Under the pieces are notes generated by a model that searched no databases, was not told the DNA's origin, and was given only the letters and a program-made list of their open reading frames with translations. A stretch of 63,185 nucleotides of DNA, counting the filler, from Octopus bimaculoides (lineage: Eukaryota), in the NCBI RefSeq assembly GCF_001194135.2. It is 4 parts of 4 records of this genome, joined end to end, with 100 filler letters (N's around TTAATTAATTAA, not from the genome) between each part and the next. Parts side by side here need not be neighbours in the genome. Positions count along the whole stretch, not along the records: positions 1 to 28,178 come from NC_068987.1; positions 28,279 to 48,439 come from NC_068983.1; 2 more parts are not named here. One strand, written 5' to 3'. Position 1 is the first letter of the stretch, and each line of letters begins with the position of its first letter. The position numbers and the translations under genes are program-made. Shown here in pieces: positions 26,713 through 38,856 of this stretch.

Positions 26713-26785
26713 GGTCACTACCTGGAATGGAACTCGGAATCTTGGGGTTAGTAGCCCGCGCTTTTAACCACTACGCCATATGCCC
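26481..26785 (-). mobile_element. tRNA-headed SINE-like element: tRNA-like head + (TAA)n + tail containing a hammerhead-like motif
   Basis: Head gggcatatggcgtagtggttaaaagcgcgggctactaaccccaagattccgagttccattcc has A box TGGCGTAGTGG, a B-box-like GTTCCATTCC, D-stem GCGU/GCGC and loop CU-ACU-AA. Confidence 0.85.
26573..26616 (-). ncRNA. Type I minimal hammerhead-like ribozyme motif (Penelope type), degenerate core
   Basis: ACAC-CUGAUGA-AA-GCUG(loop)CAGC-C-GAAC-CG-UU-GUGU. Stem I ACAC/GUGU and stem II GCUG/CAGC pair; GAAA is mutated to GAAC. Confidence 0.55.
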
Positions 26786-26787
26786 AC

Positions 26788-26976
26788 GGGCATATGGCGT
26801 AATGAATAATAATAATAATAATAACATCGAAAAATATCTTAGGAATGAGAACTCAGGTTTGAACTTTCCCCAAGACCCCTGATGAAAGCTGGAGGGTATA
26901 TCAGCCGAACCGTTGTGTTAACAACAAACAAAATGAGGACAAATATCCGTCAAATGTAAATAATGTAAATAACGTA
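26788..26976 (+). mobile_element. Second, internally deleted copy of the same element, head-to-head with the first
   Basis: gggcatatggcgtaatg is joined directly to (TAA)n and the same tail. Hammerhead-like motif at 26875-26918. Confidence 0.85.
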
Positions 26977-27435
26977 TGCTTGATTGTATCGAATAGCAGA
27001 CTATTCAAATACCTGAAATAGACGTTCACAGTCTACGTTTGTATTGAGCACTCCCTCTCCGGATCGTTAGCCAACATACACGTATGCGAGTGAATATGTA
27101 ATATGCATACATACACTCCATACATATATACACACACAGATGTACATATTCACTCATATATTTATTCACACAGGCTTATTATATTTCTCACACAAGGAGG
27201 GCGCCCATTGCCTTATATTTCTGGTAACATCATATGAGAGAAAACCTGATAGTAACATTGAAGAAACATTTCCAGCAGAGAAAAAAGTTCAATAATTATC
27301 CTGTTCTGAAGTCAGTTAGCATGAAAATAAAAACATCGTTAAGATAGCCAATGAACTTGAGAAGGAATATGAAATATAATCCAACATAGTTCTCTCTCCC
27401 AAAACAAACGTTTTTTGAAATCGTAATTATTACGA

Positions 27436-27506
<71 letters not shown>

Positions 27507-27587
27507 GGATGATGATGACGATGATGATGATGATGATGATGATTTCAAAGTTTGGCACCGGGCCGAAAACCATGCTCCGCTATAACC

Positions 27588-27623
<36 letters not shown>

Positions 27624-27625
<2 letters not shown>

Positions 27626-27827
27626 CTTTATTTCTACTATAAGCACAAGGCCTGAAATTTAAGGGAGGGTGATAGTCGATTAAATTAAACCCGGTACTCA
27701 ATTGGTACAAGTTTTATCGACCCTGAAAGGATGAAAGGCAAAGTCGTCCTCGGTGGAATTTGAACTCGGAACGTGAAGACGAGTGGAATACCGCTAAGCA
27801 TTTCGCCCAGCGTGCAAACGATTTCAC
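27624..27827 (-). mobile_element. SINE family B
   Basis: ggatgaaaggcaaagtcg..ctcgg..gaatttgaactc..aacgt..ccgctaagcatttcgccc core. Confidence 0.85.
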
Positions 27828-28006
27828 ACTAGTGATGGTAACAATAATGATGGTGGTAACAATGCTAATCACAAGAACCATGGCAATAAGTGTGTGAATC
27901 TCGGAGGGAAACAGGTTGAAGCAAATCACAATAAAACGGAGCCGCTGGTATTTTCTTTTACCCAGCGCCAACAACGTTTCAGTATCCCACCTCGTATTCT
28001 ACATGC

Positions 28007-28057
<51 letters not shown>

Positions 28058-28137
28058 GGGTCATCGAAAATAGATGACGGATAAATACTTTACTCATGGA
28101 TTCACCTGTTTCATTATAGGTAGTGCATGCATATACC

Positions 28138-28178
<41 letters not shown>

Positions 28179-28222
28179 NNNNNNNNNNNNNNNNNNNNNN
28201 NNNNNNNNNNNNNNNNNNNNNN

Positions 28223-28234
28223 TTAATTAATTAA
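28223..28234. other. Artificial scaffold-join linker TTAATTAATTAA inside N44...N44
   Basis: 44 N + 12 bp + 44 N = 100 bp. The same pattern occurs at 48484 and 62117. Confidence 0.9.
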
Positions 28235-28310
28235 NNNNNNNNNNNNNNNNNNNNNNNNNNNNNNNNNNNNNNNNNNNNCTGTAAATTTGAACTTTGTGTG
28301 TGTGTGTGTG

Positions 28311-29600
28311 TCTTACTAAAACGGGCGTTATGTCCGTCTTGTGGTGTGTGCGTACGAGTAGATGTAATCGCCTTACCTCGGTTTTCCTTTCCTCGACTGC
28401 GAGTCTGTCTTGCGGTAGCCAATCCTTGAAGCTTGCCCCGACCCAAAGTACACCAGGAATAGCAGCTGCCTCTCCCAAACCTAGACCGTCGCTTAACACG
28501 TTTTGTCCTGAGCACAACCCCGTTCGAAAAGGCACGAATCCCGATCGAGGCTCCCTCTTGCCCTTTTTCCCCTTCCGGTTGACTCGCCCTTCCAGACACT
28601 GACGTCATACCACACGTCTGTCTATCATTTCCCTCTTCATGGTCAAATGGTTGGACCAATGGTCACAATGTTTATCAGGATTACGAAGGAGGTAATCAGG
28701 AAGATTTTTAGTGAAAAAAATGTGAAAAAATATGATTATTTAGTGGATATTGAGTTTTGTGCTAATAAATTACCTTAAAATTCCAGTGACGAGGATTAAC
28801 TCTGGATTTCCACCCTCCATATAGTTTGTGAATTTAGAGGTTTTAGATTTGCAATACTATCCCTTTATTTCCCATTGTAGATGAGCAAATTTGCTATCTT
28901 ACTATAATGGGTGTTATGTCTGTCTGTCTCTTTATCTGTTCCCTCTTCGCGGCTAGACAACTGGACCAATTGGTTATGATATTTTTCAAGATTACGAAGA
29001 CGTTCGTCAGGAATGTTTTTAGCATTAAAAAATCAGAAAGTATGATTATTTTGTGGGATATTGATTTTTGAATTGATAAACCACCTTCGCATTTTTATTA
29101 AAAATTCACTGAACATGAGTAACTCTGGATTTTCACCAAATAGTTTGTGGCCCCATCGTAGATATGAAGGGGGTTCTGAGGACGGTTAATAGTGAATAAA
29201 ATGGAAAAAGTGTGTAGTATGTGTGATTATTTAGTGGTTATTGAAGCGTGTCAGTCTTGAACAGGATTCAAAACAGCTAATCGAAGCAACTGTTGTTTAC
29301 GTCTCAGTTTTGTCAATCAAAATAACCCATGGTACCAGAACATCCTGACATTATTTGCATAGAACAGTGAGAAGTAAGTCTTAGTTTGATTTTTTGTAAC
29401 CCTAAAGATTCCACTTGTGCATTCACAGCAAACAAGGCACAGGGCCAGACTTTAGATTGTGTAGGTGTATTTTTACCCTCTCCGATGTTTTCACATAGTC
29501 AGTTATACATTGCTATAAGTAGAGCAACGGACGCAAGTAATTTGAAAATTTGTGTCAGCCAAATAGAAAATATCATCTACAAAGAAATTTTGTAATCATA
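28311..29600 (+). mobile_element. Helitron-derived region: two similar TC-starting putative 5' ends (28311, 28897), a diverged internal duplication and a helicase 3' fragment
   Basis: tcttactaaaacgggcgttatgtccgtc versus tcttactataatgggtgttatgtctgtc. Segments 28617-28835 and 28917-29150 are homologous. Confidence 0.55.
29416..29595 (+). pseudogene. Helitron RepHel PIF1-like helicase C-terminal fragment
   Basis: CAFTANKAQGQTLDCVGVFLPSPMFSHSQLYIAISRA...NIIYKEIL* matches the Helitron pattern FAMTINKSQGQT...VFSHGQLYVAxSR...NIVYxEVL. Confidence 0.9.
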
Positions 29601-29933
29601 TTGATATTATTGAAAGGAATATGATTCATAATTTAAATAAGGAAATTTGTGAACTTTGAATGTATAAGAGTGTAAACAATTATAAAATAGTGTAAGCAAC
29701 TAAAATAAAAGTATATTAAATAACATTTTTTCTTAATACTTTTTATGTAGTGGTCAAAAGAAGCTCTGGCCTTTGTTAGGAGCGGTCCACATAACCATTC
29801 ATGATACAGAGGCTGGGAGCCTATTTCAGTTTGNNNNNNNNNNNNNNNNNNNNNNNNNNNNNNNNNNNNNNNNNNNNNNNNNNNNNNNNNNNNNNNNNNN
29901 NNNNNNNNNNNNNNNNNNNNNNNNNNNNNNNNN

Positions 29934-32900
29934 CCCCTCAACCGGGGCTACCGGATGGGCAGAAAGACCAATTCTACAACACCCTCTTGCACACTACCTC
30001 ATTGACGAATGACAGGGACTTTCTCTTTGTGGCTGGCAATTTCAATGGTCATGTTGGACGTCATGCAGGGCGCTTCCATGGCATTCATGGAGGTTATGGC
30101 TTTGGTTCCCACAATGAGAAGGGAACCAGACTGCTGGAGTTCTGTGATGCAACCGATCTTATGGTTTGCAATACCAACTTCAGGAAACCTGCCCGTCACC
30201 TAGTCACCTACCGCTCCAGCAGACACTCTAGCCAAATCGACTACATCCTCGCCAGAAATAGGGAAAGAGGGCGACTTATAAATGCCAAAACCTTCCCTGT
30301 TGAACAATGTACCCCTCAACACAGATTAGTAGTTAGCGACTTCGGGATCAAGGTAAAAAGGATGCCCAGAAGTAGACCGGCTTGGCGGAGAAGGGTTTGG
30401 AAACTTAAAGATCCAGCAAACGGACAGAGATTTAGAGACATACTACTTGAAGCATTTGACAAATTAGAAGGGGATATAGCATCACACAACATGGAAGACA
30501 ACTGGAGGTTCCTTCGGGACAACCTGCTGAGTGCCACCGGTCAGATCTGTGGCTGGTGTAAAGTCTCTTCTCGACCCAAAGTAACTTGGTGGTGGAACAG
30601 TGTGGTTGACAGGGCTATCAGACAAAAGAAACAGGCTTGGAAGGACTGGAAGAATGGAGGTAGCAGGGAAGTGTATCACACTGCTAAAAGGGAAGCTAAG
30701 AGACAGGTTTATCTAGCCAGAGGGGAAGCAGTTAAGAAAAAGTTTGCCAATGTTCTGCGCCATGAGGACCAAAACTTGAAGTATTTCGTGTTGCAAGACA
30801 GTGTGTAAGAGAGAATCGTGATGTCGTGGGAGAGAAATGTGTTCGCATGGATGATGGTATGCTTGTTCTTAATGAGGCTGCTAAGAAAGAGGTTTGGAGA
30901 TGCCACTATGAAAGATTGCTCAATAAAGAGAATGAATGGGAGAAAGAGAGTCTGCCAAATGTCGACCCAACAGAGGGACCAGCTATCCGAGTTGACAGTT
31001 CCATGGTAGATAAAGCAATTATGAGTATGAGGACAGGGAAAGCGCCCGGCCCATCAGGAATCACTGCAGAGATGCTCAAAATATCTGGCAGTGTCGGCTA
31101 TAGCCTAGTCACCCATATTGTTAACCAGGTGGTACACGAAGGAGTCATACCCAATGACTGGTGTAGCAGCACCATAGTCAACTGCTACAAAGGTAAAGGT
31201 GATGCCTTAGATACAAATGATTNNNNNNNNNNNNNNNNNNNNNNNNNNNNNNNNNNNNNNNNNNNNNNNNNNNNNNNNNNNNNNNNNNNNNNNNNNNNNN
31301 NNNNNNNNNNNNNNNNNNNNNNNNNNNNNNNNNNNNNNNNNNNNNNNNNNNNNNNNNNNNNNNNNNNNNNNNNNNNNNNNNNNNNNNNNNNNNNNNNNNN
31401 NNNNNNNNNNNNNNNNNNNNNNNNNNNNNNNNNNNNNNNNNNNNNNNNNNNNNNNNNNNNNNNNNNNNNNNNNNNNNNNNNNNNNNNNNNNNNNNNNNNN
31501 NNNNNNNNNNNNNNNNNNNNNNNNNNNNNNNNNNNNNNNNNNNNNNNNNNNNNNNNNNNNNNNNNNNNNNNNNNNNNNNNNNNNNNNNNNNNNNNNNNNN
31601 NNNNNNNNNNNNNNNNNNNNNNNNNNNNNNNNNNNNNNNNNNNNNNNNNNNNNNNNNNNNNNNNNNNNNNNNNNNNNNNNNNNNNNNNNNNNNNNNNNNN
31701 NNNNNNNNNNNNNNNNNNNNNNNNNNNNNNNNNNNNNNNNNNNNNNNNNNNNNNNNNNNNNNNNNNNNNNNNNNNNNNNNNNNNNNNNNNNNNNNNNNNN
31801 NNNNNNNNNNNNNNNNNNNNNNNNNNNNNNNNNNNNNNNNNNNNNNNNNNNNNNNNNNNNNNNNNNNNNNNNNNNNNNNNNNNNNNNNNNNNNNNNNNNN
31901 NNNNNNNNCTGTAGAAAAGGTGTAGGTAGAAACTCTATACAATGTACCCAGTGAAAGCTATGGACACATAAGAGGTGCAGCAATATCAAAGGAAGGTTAA
32001 CTAGGAAGTTAGTTTTTGTATGTGGCAGATGTTCAGGTGCAATAAACAGTGAAATATGCAGAAAACAACTTCTGTCTCATTCCAGGGAGAAAAACTAGAG
32101 GTAGTTGATAGCTTCCGCTATCTGGGTGACCAAGTTAGTAGTGGGGGTGGGTGCGCTGAAAGCGTAGCTCCTAGAATAAGAATAACCTGGGCAAAGTTCA
32201 GAGAACTCTTACCCCTGCTGGCGACAAAGGGCCTCTTGCTCAGAGTAAAAAGCAGACTGTATGACACATGTGTACGAACAGCCATGCTACATGTCAGTGA
32301 AACATGGGCCTTGACTGCTGAGGACATGTGTAAGCTCGCAAGGAATGAAGCCAGTTTGCTCCGATGGATGAGTAATGTCAGTGTGCATACCCGACAGAGT
32401 GTAAGTATCTTGAGGGAAAAGTTGAACTTAAGAAAGCATGAGTTGTGGTGTGCAAGAGAGACGCTTGCGCTGGTATGGACATGTGGCGAGAATGGATGAG
32501 GATAGCTGTGTGAAAAAGTGCCACACCCTAGCGGTTGAGGAAACCCGTGGAAGAGGCAGGCTCAGGAAGACCTGGGATGAGGTGGTGAAGCACGACCTCT
32601 GAACTTTAGGCCTCACCGAAGCAATGACTTCTGACCGAGACCTTTGGAAATATGCTGTGCGTGAGAAGACCCAACAAGCCTAGTGAGACCAAAATCCAAG
32701 GCCTCTGCCAGGGGTGTAGCCAGCCCACTTATGCGTAACATTCCTTCTTTGGACACTAAACTCCGCTTGCGAAGACCTGTTGAGACAAGTGAAATCGAAA
32801 TCGAAATCAAACTAAATTTGTAGACTGGCACCCATGCCAACATCTTCATTGAACACTAAACTTGGCTTGCGAAGACCTGTTGGGGCAAGCGAAAGCGAAA

Positions 32901-33368
32901 TCGGGATTGCACCAGTACCAGTAAATCACTAAGAGCACTGTCCGAGCGTGATCGTTGCCAGAGCACCAGCTGTCTGGCTCTCATGCCGGTGGCACGTAAA
33001 TAGCACCATTTGAGCATGACCGTTACCAACGTCGCCTTCCTGGCACTTGTGCCAGTGGCACGTGTAAAGACATTTGAGTGAATTCGTTGCCAGTCCCGCT
33101 GCACTGGCTCCTGTGCAGGTGGCACGTAAAATACACCATTTCGAGCATGGCCGTTGCCAGTACCCCCTGACTGGCCTTCGTGCCGGTGGCACGTAAAAGC
33201 ACCCACTACACTCTCTGAGTGGTTGGTGTTAGGAAGGCCATCCAGCTGTAGAAACTCTGCCAAATCAGATTGGAGCCTGGTGTAGCCATCTGGTTTCACC
33301 AGTCCTCAGTCAAATCGTCCAACCCATGCTAGCATGGAAAACGGACGTTAAACGATGATGATGACGAT
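29934..33368 (+). mobile_element. RTE-clade LINE (APE endonuclease + RT), degenerate and gapped, ending in a (GAT)n tail
   Basis: EN motifs AGNFNGHVG and SQIDYIL; RT motifs KAPGPSGITAEMLK and CVRTAMLHVSETW; 3' end catggaaaacggacgttaaacgatgatgatga. Confidence 0.92.
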
Positions 33369-33372
33369 ATAT

Positions 33373-35872
33373 TGTCGTTTAACGTCTTCTTTCCATGCTG
33401 GCATGGGTTGGATGGTTTGACTGAGAACTGGCAAGCTGGGAGGCTGCACCAGGCTCCAATCTGATTTGGTAAGGTTTCTACAGCTGGATGCCCTTCCTAA
33501 CACCAACCACTCAGAGAGTGTAGTTGGTGCTTTTTACATGCTACTGGCATTGGTTACGACTACAATTTCACTCAGTTTAACAGGTCTTCACAAGTATAGC
33601 ATGTTGGCCAACAATTGAAGGGTGCTTTTAAATGGGTCAGTTATGCGACACTGCCATTGGCCACGACTACAATCTTGCTTAGCTTGCTGGGTCTTCTCAA
33701 GCACAGCATATTTCCAAAGGTCTTGGTTGCTTGTTATTGCCTCTGTGAGACCCAATGTTTGAAGGTCATGCTTTACCACTTCATCCCATGTCTTCCTGGA
33801 TCTACCTCTTCCACAGATTCCCTCCAGTTTTAGGGTGTGGCACTTCTTCACACAGCTGTCCTCATCCATACGCATCACATGACCATACCAGTACAGTCAT
33901 CTCTCTTGCACACCACATCTGATGCTTCTTATGGCAAACTTTTCTCTCGGGGTGTTTACACTCTGTTGTATATTCACACTGACATTACACATCCAGCGGA
34001 GCATACTAGCTTCTTTCTTTCAAGTTACACATCTTTCAAGTCACAGTGCATGTTTCACCATAGCATAGCTGTTCACACATAGGCATCATACAGTCTACCT
34101 TTCACTCTTAGTGAGAGGCCCTTTGTTACCAGCAGAGGCAAGAGCTCTTTGAACTTTATCCAGCCTATTCTTATTCTAGCAGCTATGCTCTCAGAGCATC
34201 CATCTCCGCTACTGACTTGGTAACGGAAGCTATTAACTGCTTCTAATTTTTCCCGCTGGCATGTGATGGAATGTGTTTTCTGTACATTTTTAGTATTTAT
34301 CGCACCTGTGCATCTGTCACATACAAAAACTATCTTCCAAGTTAACCTTTCTTTGATATTGCTGCACCCCTTATGTGTCCATAGCTTACACCGGGTACAT
34401 ATTTTGGAGTTGCTATCTATGCCTTTTCTACAGATTGTGCAGGGCCATCTTCCTGAAGGGATTTGTGATTTGTCAGCCCTCCTACTTACTAAGACTCTGG
34501 TTTTTGCTAGGTTAACTCTAAGGCCTTTTGATTCTAGATCTTGTTTCTACACCTGAACCTTTTTCTCTAGTTCTAGTTGTGACTCAGCTATAAGAGCAAG
34601 GTCATCAGCATAGAAGAGCTCCCAGGGACAGCCTGTCTTGAATTCCTCAATTATTGCCTGGAGGACTATGATGAACAATATGGGGCCAAGGACTGATCCT
34701 TGGTGAACCCCTACTTCTACCTTGAATTCTTTGCTATACTCGTTGCCAACCCTCACCTTACTGACAGCATCCCTGTACATGGCTTGTACAACTCTCACCA
34801 ACCACTCATCTATCTTTAGTTTCCATATTGACCACCAGATAAGGGAACGGGGGACCCTGTCACAGGCTTTCTCCATGTCAACAAAAGCCAAGTACAGAGG
34901 TTTATCTTTGGCTAGGAATTTCTCCTGCAGCTGTCTTACCAGAAGTATAGCATCAGTGATGCTTCTCCCTGACATAGACCTAAACTGCATCGCATCTAAA
35001 CTAACTCTCTCCCTAATTAGTTGGGCTATAACCCTATGTGTGACTTTCATCACCTGATCCAGCAATATCATACCTCTGTAATTATTTCTATCTGAGGCAT
35101 CACCTTTACCTTGGTAGCATTTGACTATGGTGTTGCTACACCAGTCATTGGGTATGACTCCTTCACATATCACCTGGTTAACTATATGGGTGACTAGACT
35201 ATAGCCTACACCACCAGATATTTTGAGCATTCCTGATGGACTGGAGGCTTTCCCTGTCTTCATACCCGTAATTGCTTTATCTACCAATGTAATGTCAATT
35301 CGAAAAGCTGGTCCCTCTGTTGGGTTGACATATGGCAAACTCTCTTTCTCCCATTCATTCTCTTCATTTAGCAACCTTTCATAGTGGAATCTCCAAGTCT
35401 CTCTCTTTGCAGCATCATTAAATGCAAGTGAGCCATCATCCATGTGGACACATTTCTCTCCTATGACATCACAATTTTCTTTCATACACTGTCTTGCAAT
35501 TCAAAACATTTCAGGTTTCTGGTTCTCACAACGCAGAACATTGGCAGATTTCTTCTTATCTGCTTCCCTTCTGGCTAAGTAAATCTGTCTCCTAGCTTCC
35601 CTTCCAGCTATCTGATACAGTTCCCTGCTACCACTACACTGCCTTCCATGCCTGTTTCTTTTCCCTAATGACCCTGTCAATGACATTGTTCCACCATCAT
35701 GTCACCTTAGGTCTAGAAGGGACTTTGCACCAGCCATAAATCTGATCAGTAGCCCTCGACAGGTTGTCCCTGTAGGAACCTCCAGTTGTCCTCCACTTTA
35801 TGGGCTGCTACATCCTCCTCTATTTTATCCAAAGCTTCAAAATCTCTGTCCATTCAGAGGATTCTTAAGCTT
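33373..35872 (-). mobile_element. RTE-clade LINE of the same family, 5' end lost at (TA)n/gap
   Basis: Same 3' tail on the minus strand, abutting the plus-strand copy. The RT ORF is listed separately. Confidence 0.92.
34547..35485 (-). pseudogene. LINE reverse transcriptase, 312-aa open fragment
   Basis: NYRGMILL, FVDMEKACDRVPR, GVHQGSVLGPILF, ELFYADDL. Confidence 0.9.
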
Positions 35873-36554
35873 ATATATATATATGTATATATATATANNN
35901 NNNNNNNNNNNNNNNNNNNNNNNNNNNNNNNNNNNNNNNNNNNNNNNNNNNNNNNNNNNNNNNNNNNNNNNNNNNNNNNNNNNNNNNNNNNNNNNNNNNN
36001 NNNNNNNNNNNNNNNNNNNNNNNNNNNNNNNNNNNNNNNNNNNNNNNNNNNNNNNNNNNNNNNNNNNNNNNNNNNNNNNNNNNNNNNNNNNNNNNNNNNN
36101 NNNNNNNNNNNNNNNNNNNNNNNNNNNNNNNNNNNNNNNNNNNNNNNNNNNNNNNNNNNNNNNNNNNNNNNNNNNNNNNNNNNNNNNNNNNNNNNNNNNN
36201 NNNNNNNNNNNNNNNNNNNNNNNNNNNNNNNNNNNNNNNNNNNNNNNNNNNNNNNNNNNNNNNNNNNNNNNNNNNNNNNNNNNNNNNNNNNNNNNNNNNN
36301 NNNNNNNNNNNNNNNNNNNNNNNNNNNNNNNNNNNNNNNNNNNNNNNNNNNNNNNNNNNNNNNNNNNNNNNNNNTATATATATATATATATATATAATAT
36401 AATATAGGATAAAATCTTTATAAGAATTTATCAAGTAGTCAGCGTGAAAAAACCTCATAATGAAAAACAATTCATCATTTTTTTCCATAAATATATATAA
36501 TTAATTTATATAAAGGGCATTAACTGTGTAGTAATAATGCCTCACGCTTCGAGG

Positions 36555-36594
36555 GACTAAATAAGTCTTATTTAGTCTAAATAAGACTAAATAA
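36555..36594. repeat. Alternating-orientation 11-mer (gactaaataag) palindrome cluster
   Basis: gactaaataag-t-cttatttagtc-taaataagactaaataa. Confidence 0.85.
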
Positions 36595-37149
36595 ATAACT
36601 GCTAAAATCAAACTGCACTCTTCAAAACTTGCACTAAGAATAAGTACAAGGTAAAATTACTAACTGCTTTTATACCAAGTTCATGCAGGCAGTTTATCCT
36701 GTCCCCCTCCAACTTTTAGTTCATGCAATTGAAAAAACTGCATTATTAATGAGATGACCCAATATACAAATAATAAGATGTGGATTCAGATAGAATCAAG
36801 TACTTGAAAAGGTGTGCACCAGGTAGGGTTGGGTAATCTCTGTGGTTCCAGCCTATGGTTGGTGAGGGTCGAAATATCAGACAGAATATTTCAGTTGTGT
36901 ACACAGAAAAAAACCAACCCTACAAGTATTTAGCACCTAAAGGGCTGGTCCAAATTACACTTTACTTTGAGTAGTACATTGTTGGTATACTCAAGAGTGT
37001 CCAACAAGTTGTAAATTTCCTTGGTGCATTATAATCAAATGAATAACAACATACGATGGATAATTGTCAGCTCATTACAGATTCTTACGTAACTCTTAGT
37101 AGAAGAATGAGAACATTATATCATTATAAAAGAACGTAATCATCAGATG

Positions 37150-38400
37150 AAAAGTAATTTTACAAAACAAAAGAATATCCAAGAATACAGCAGGGAAATG
37201 TCTGTTGAGGCCAAGCATGAAAGGGAGAATGACCAACTATTTTGGCCTTTGAGAATATAGTTCTTGAGAATGTAATTTGATATCTAAGGTCAGGGACCTG
37301 GTGAGAAGGAGTCAGTTAGATTAGATCAAGGATAGACTGGAGCAGGTTGTAGGAGATAATTTATAATAGAGGGGTCATAAATCAATTAAGGAAAGGGAAG
37401 AGATAAGATAGCTAAATTGGCTGTAAGGGTGAAGGAAAGAGTAAAAAAAAATTTTAATAAAATAAAAGCATATGAGTCAATGAGGTCAGGGTTTAGGATT
37501 TTCCAGTTAATAGTAAATGACCAGGAGAAGGAGATAGAGAAACACAGAAATTTAGGGATATTCAGTGGATATTGGTTGGAAGTATGTGTGTGTGGGGAGG
37601 CAAAGGCCTTCAAATAATAGGATCAAACTTTATGGAATTAAAGTTTATAGAAAAGTAGAGTGCTACCTATCAATAGGGAGTTTTAAAAAGTTTAGAAATT
37701 TAAAGCGGGATGGAGTTATATAATGAACTACATCTAGTACGGGGTTAGAGTAAATAGCAGATTGGAATCAAAAGAAGGCCGGCAGTAGGGAGTAGTCTGA
37801 TGATTAACTAACGAATGTTAAACATGTGGTGAAATATCGAAATTAGATGGAATAATCATTTTGTGTGAATCAAATGAAGCAACCCAAGTCAATAGTCACA
37901 GGTAAGAGGTTTGGATAGGGTGTTCAATCTACTATATAATGAGCGCTGCTCAAAACTGTATGTTGGTGTAAGGAGTACATAAGTAGTAGAAAATGAAATG
38001 GACTGTCTAGGGTGTGCAGGCTGTTACTAGAAGTTGAGTATCACTGTCATCGCTATTGCATAATACTGGGTATATCACAGATAGAATGGTTAGTTCCTTC
38101 AATATAGCATACCTCACAAGTATATTAAGAGTGATTGATTAAAGATATTGGTAGAGGGAAAATGAGACTAAGAAGGCTCAGAAATTAATAAGTAGGTCGA
38201 TAGGCTAAATGGTCAGTAAATTGGATTGGACCTATGTTGGAGGCTGTTATAGAGGTTGTTTAATGCCCATAAAGTATTTGAACATGTGGGTAGCCTTATG
38301 TATACAGGAGATACAAAAGTCTAGTTTATTATTTAGTAGATTATCACTATTAGATCTCCTTAAAATTACAAATAGCTCCATGCAGCAAAGTCTGTAGCCA
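37150..38400 (-). mobile_element. Possible very decayed Penelope-like element
   Basis: Weak minus-strand similarity (TINWKILNPD; SAIYSNPVLDVVHYNSIP) to the PLE RT-thumb/linker region. Confidence 0.3.
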
Positions 38401-38728
38401 TATCTACCATGTTTAAGTACAGTTTAGTGACCCTAATGATGTCCTAACTTAAGTCAAATTTAACATTGTTGTCTTTGAGTTCCAGAGGCGACAATGGAAC
38501 CTTTATGAAAAGTGGCATAATATTTATAATATTCTTCAAATTTGCATCAAAAGGTGTGCTCTTAGATTGTGTGATGGTCAAATCTTGTTTGTTGCTTATA
38601 TAGGGAGGAAACAATACAGAAAAAAATAAGAATAAAAACAATGATAAAGTGGATAAGACTTAGATGATAGTAATACAATATATGATAAAGACAAAAGAAG
38701 AAGAGGAAGAAGAAGTGGTGATATGATG

Positions 38729-38768
<40 letters not shown>

Positions 38769-38856
38769 TAATAATAATGATGATAATAATAATAATAATC
38801 TAAAAGAAACAGAGTAACTCTCAAAATGCAAAGATCTGGAAATCCCTATTGTTTTG

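Noticed and set aside
26712-26785. Possible real tRNA gene (anticodon ACT)
   Set aside because: The T-arm and acceptor stem pair poorly and the sequence runs into a repeat tail, so it is a SINE head.
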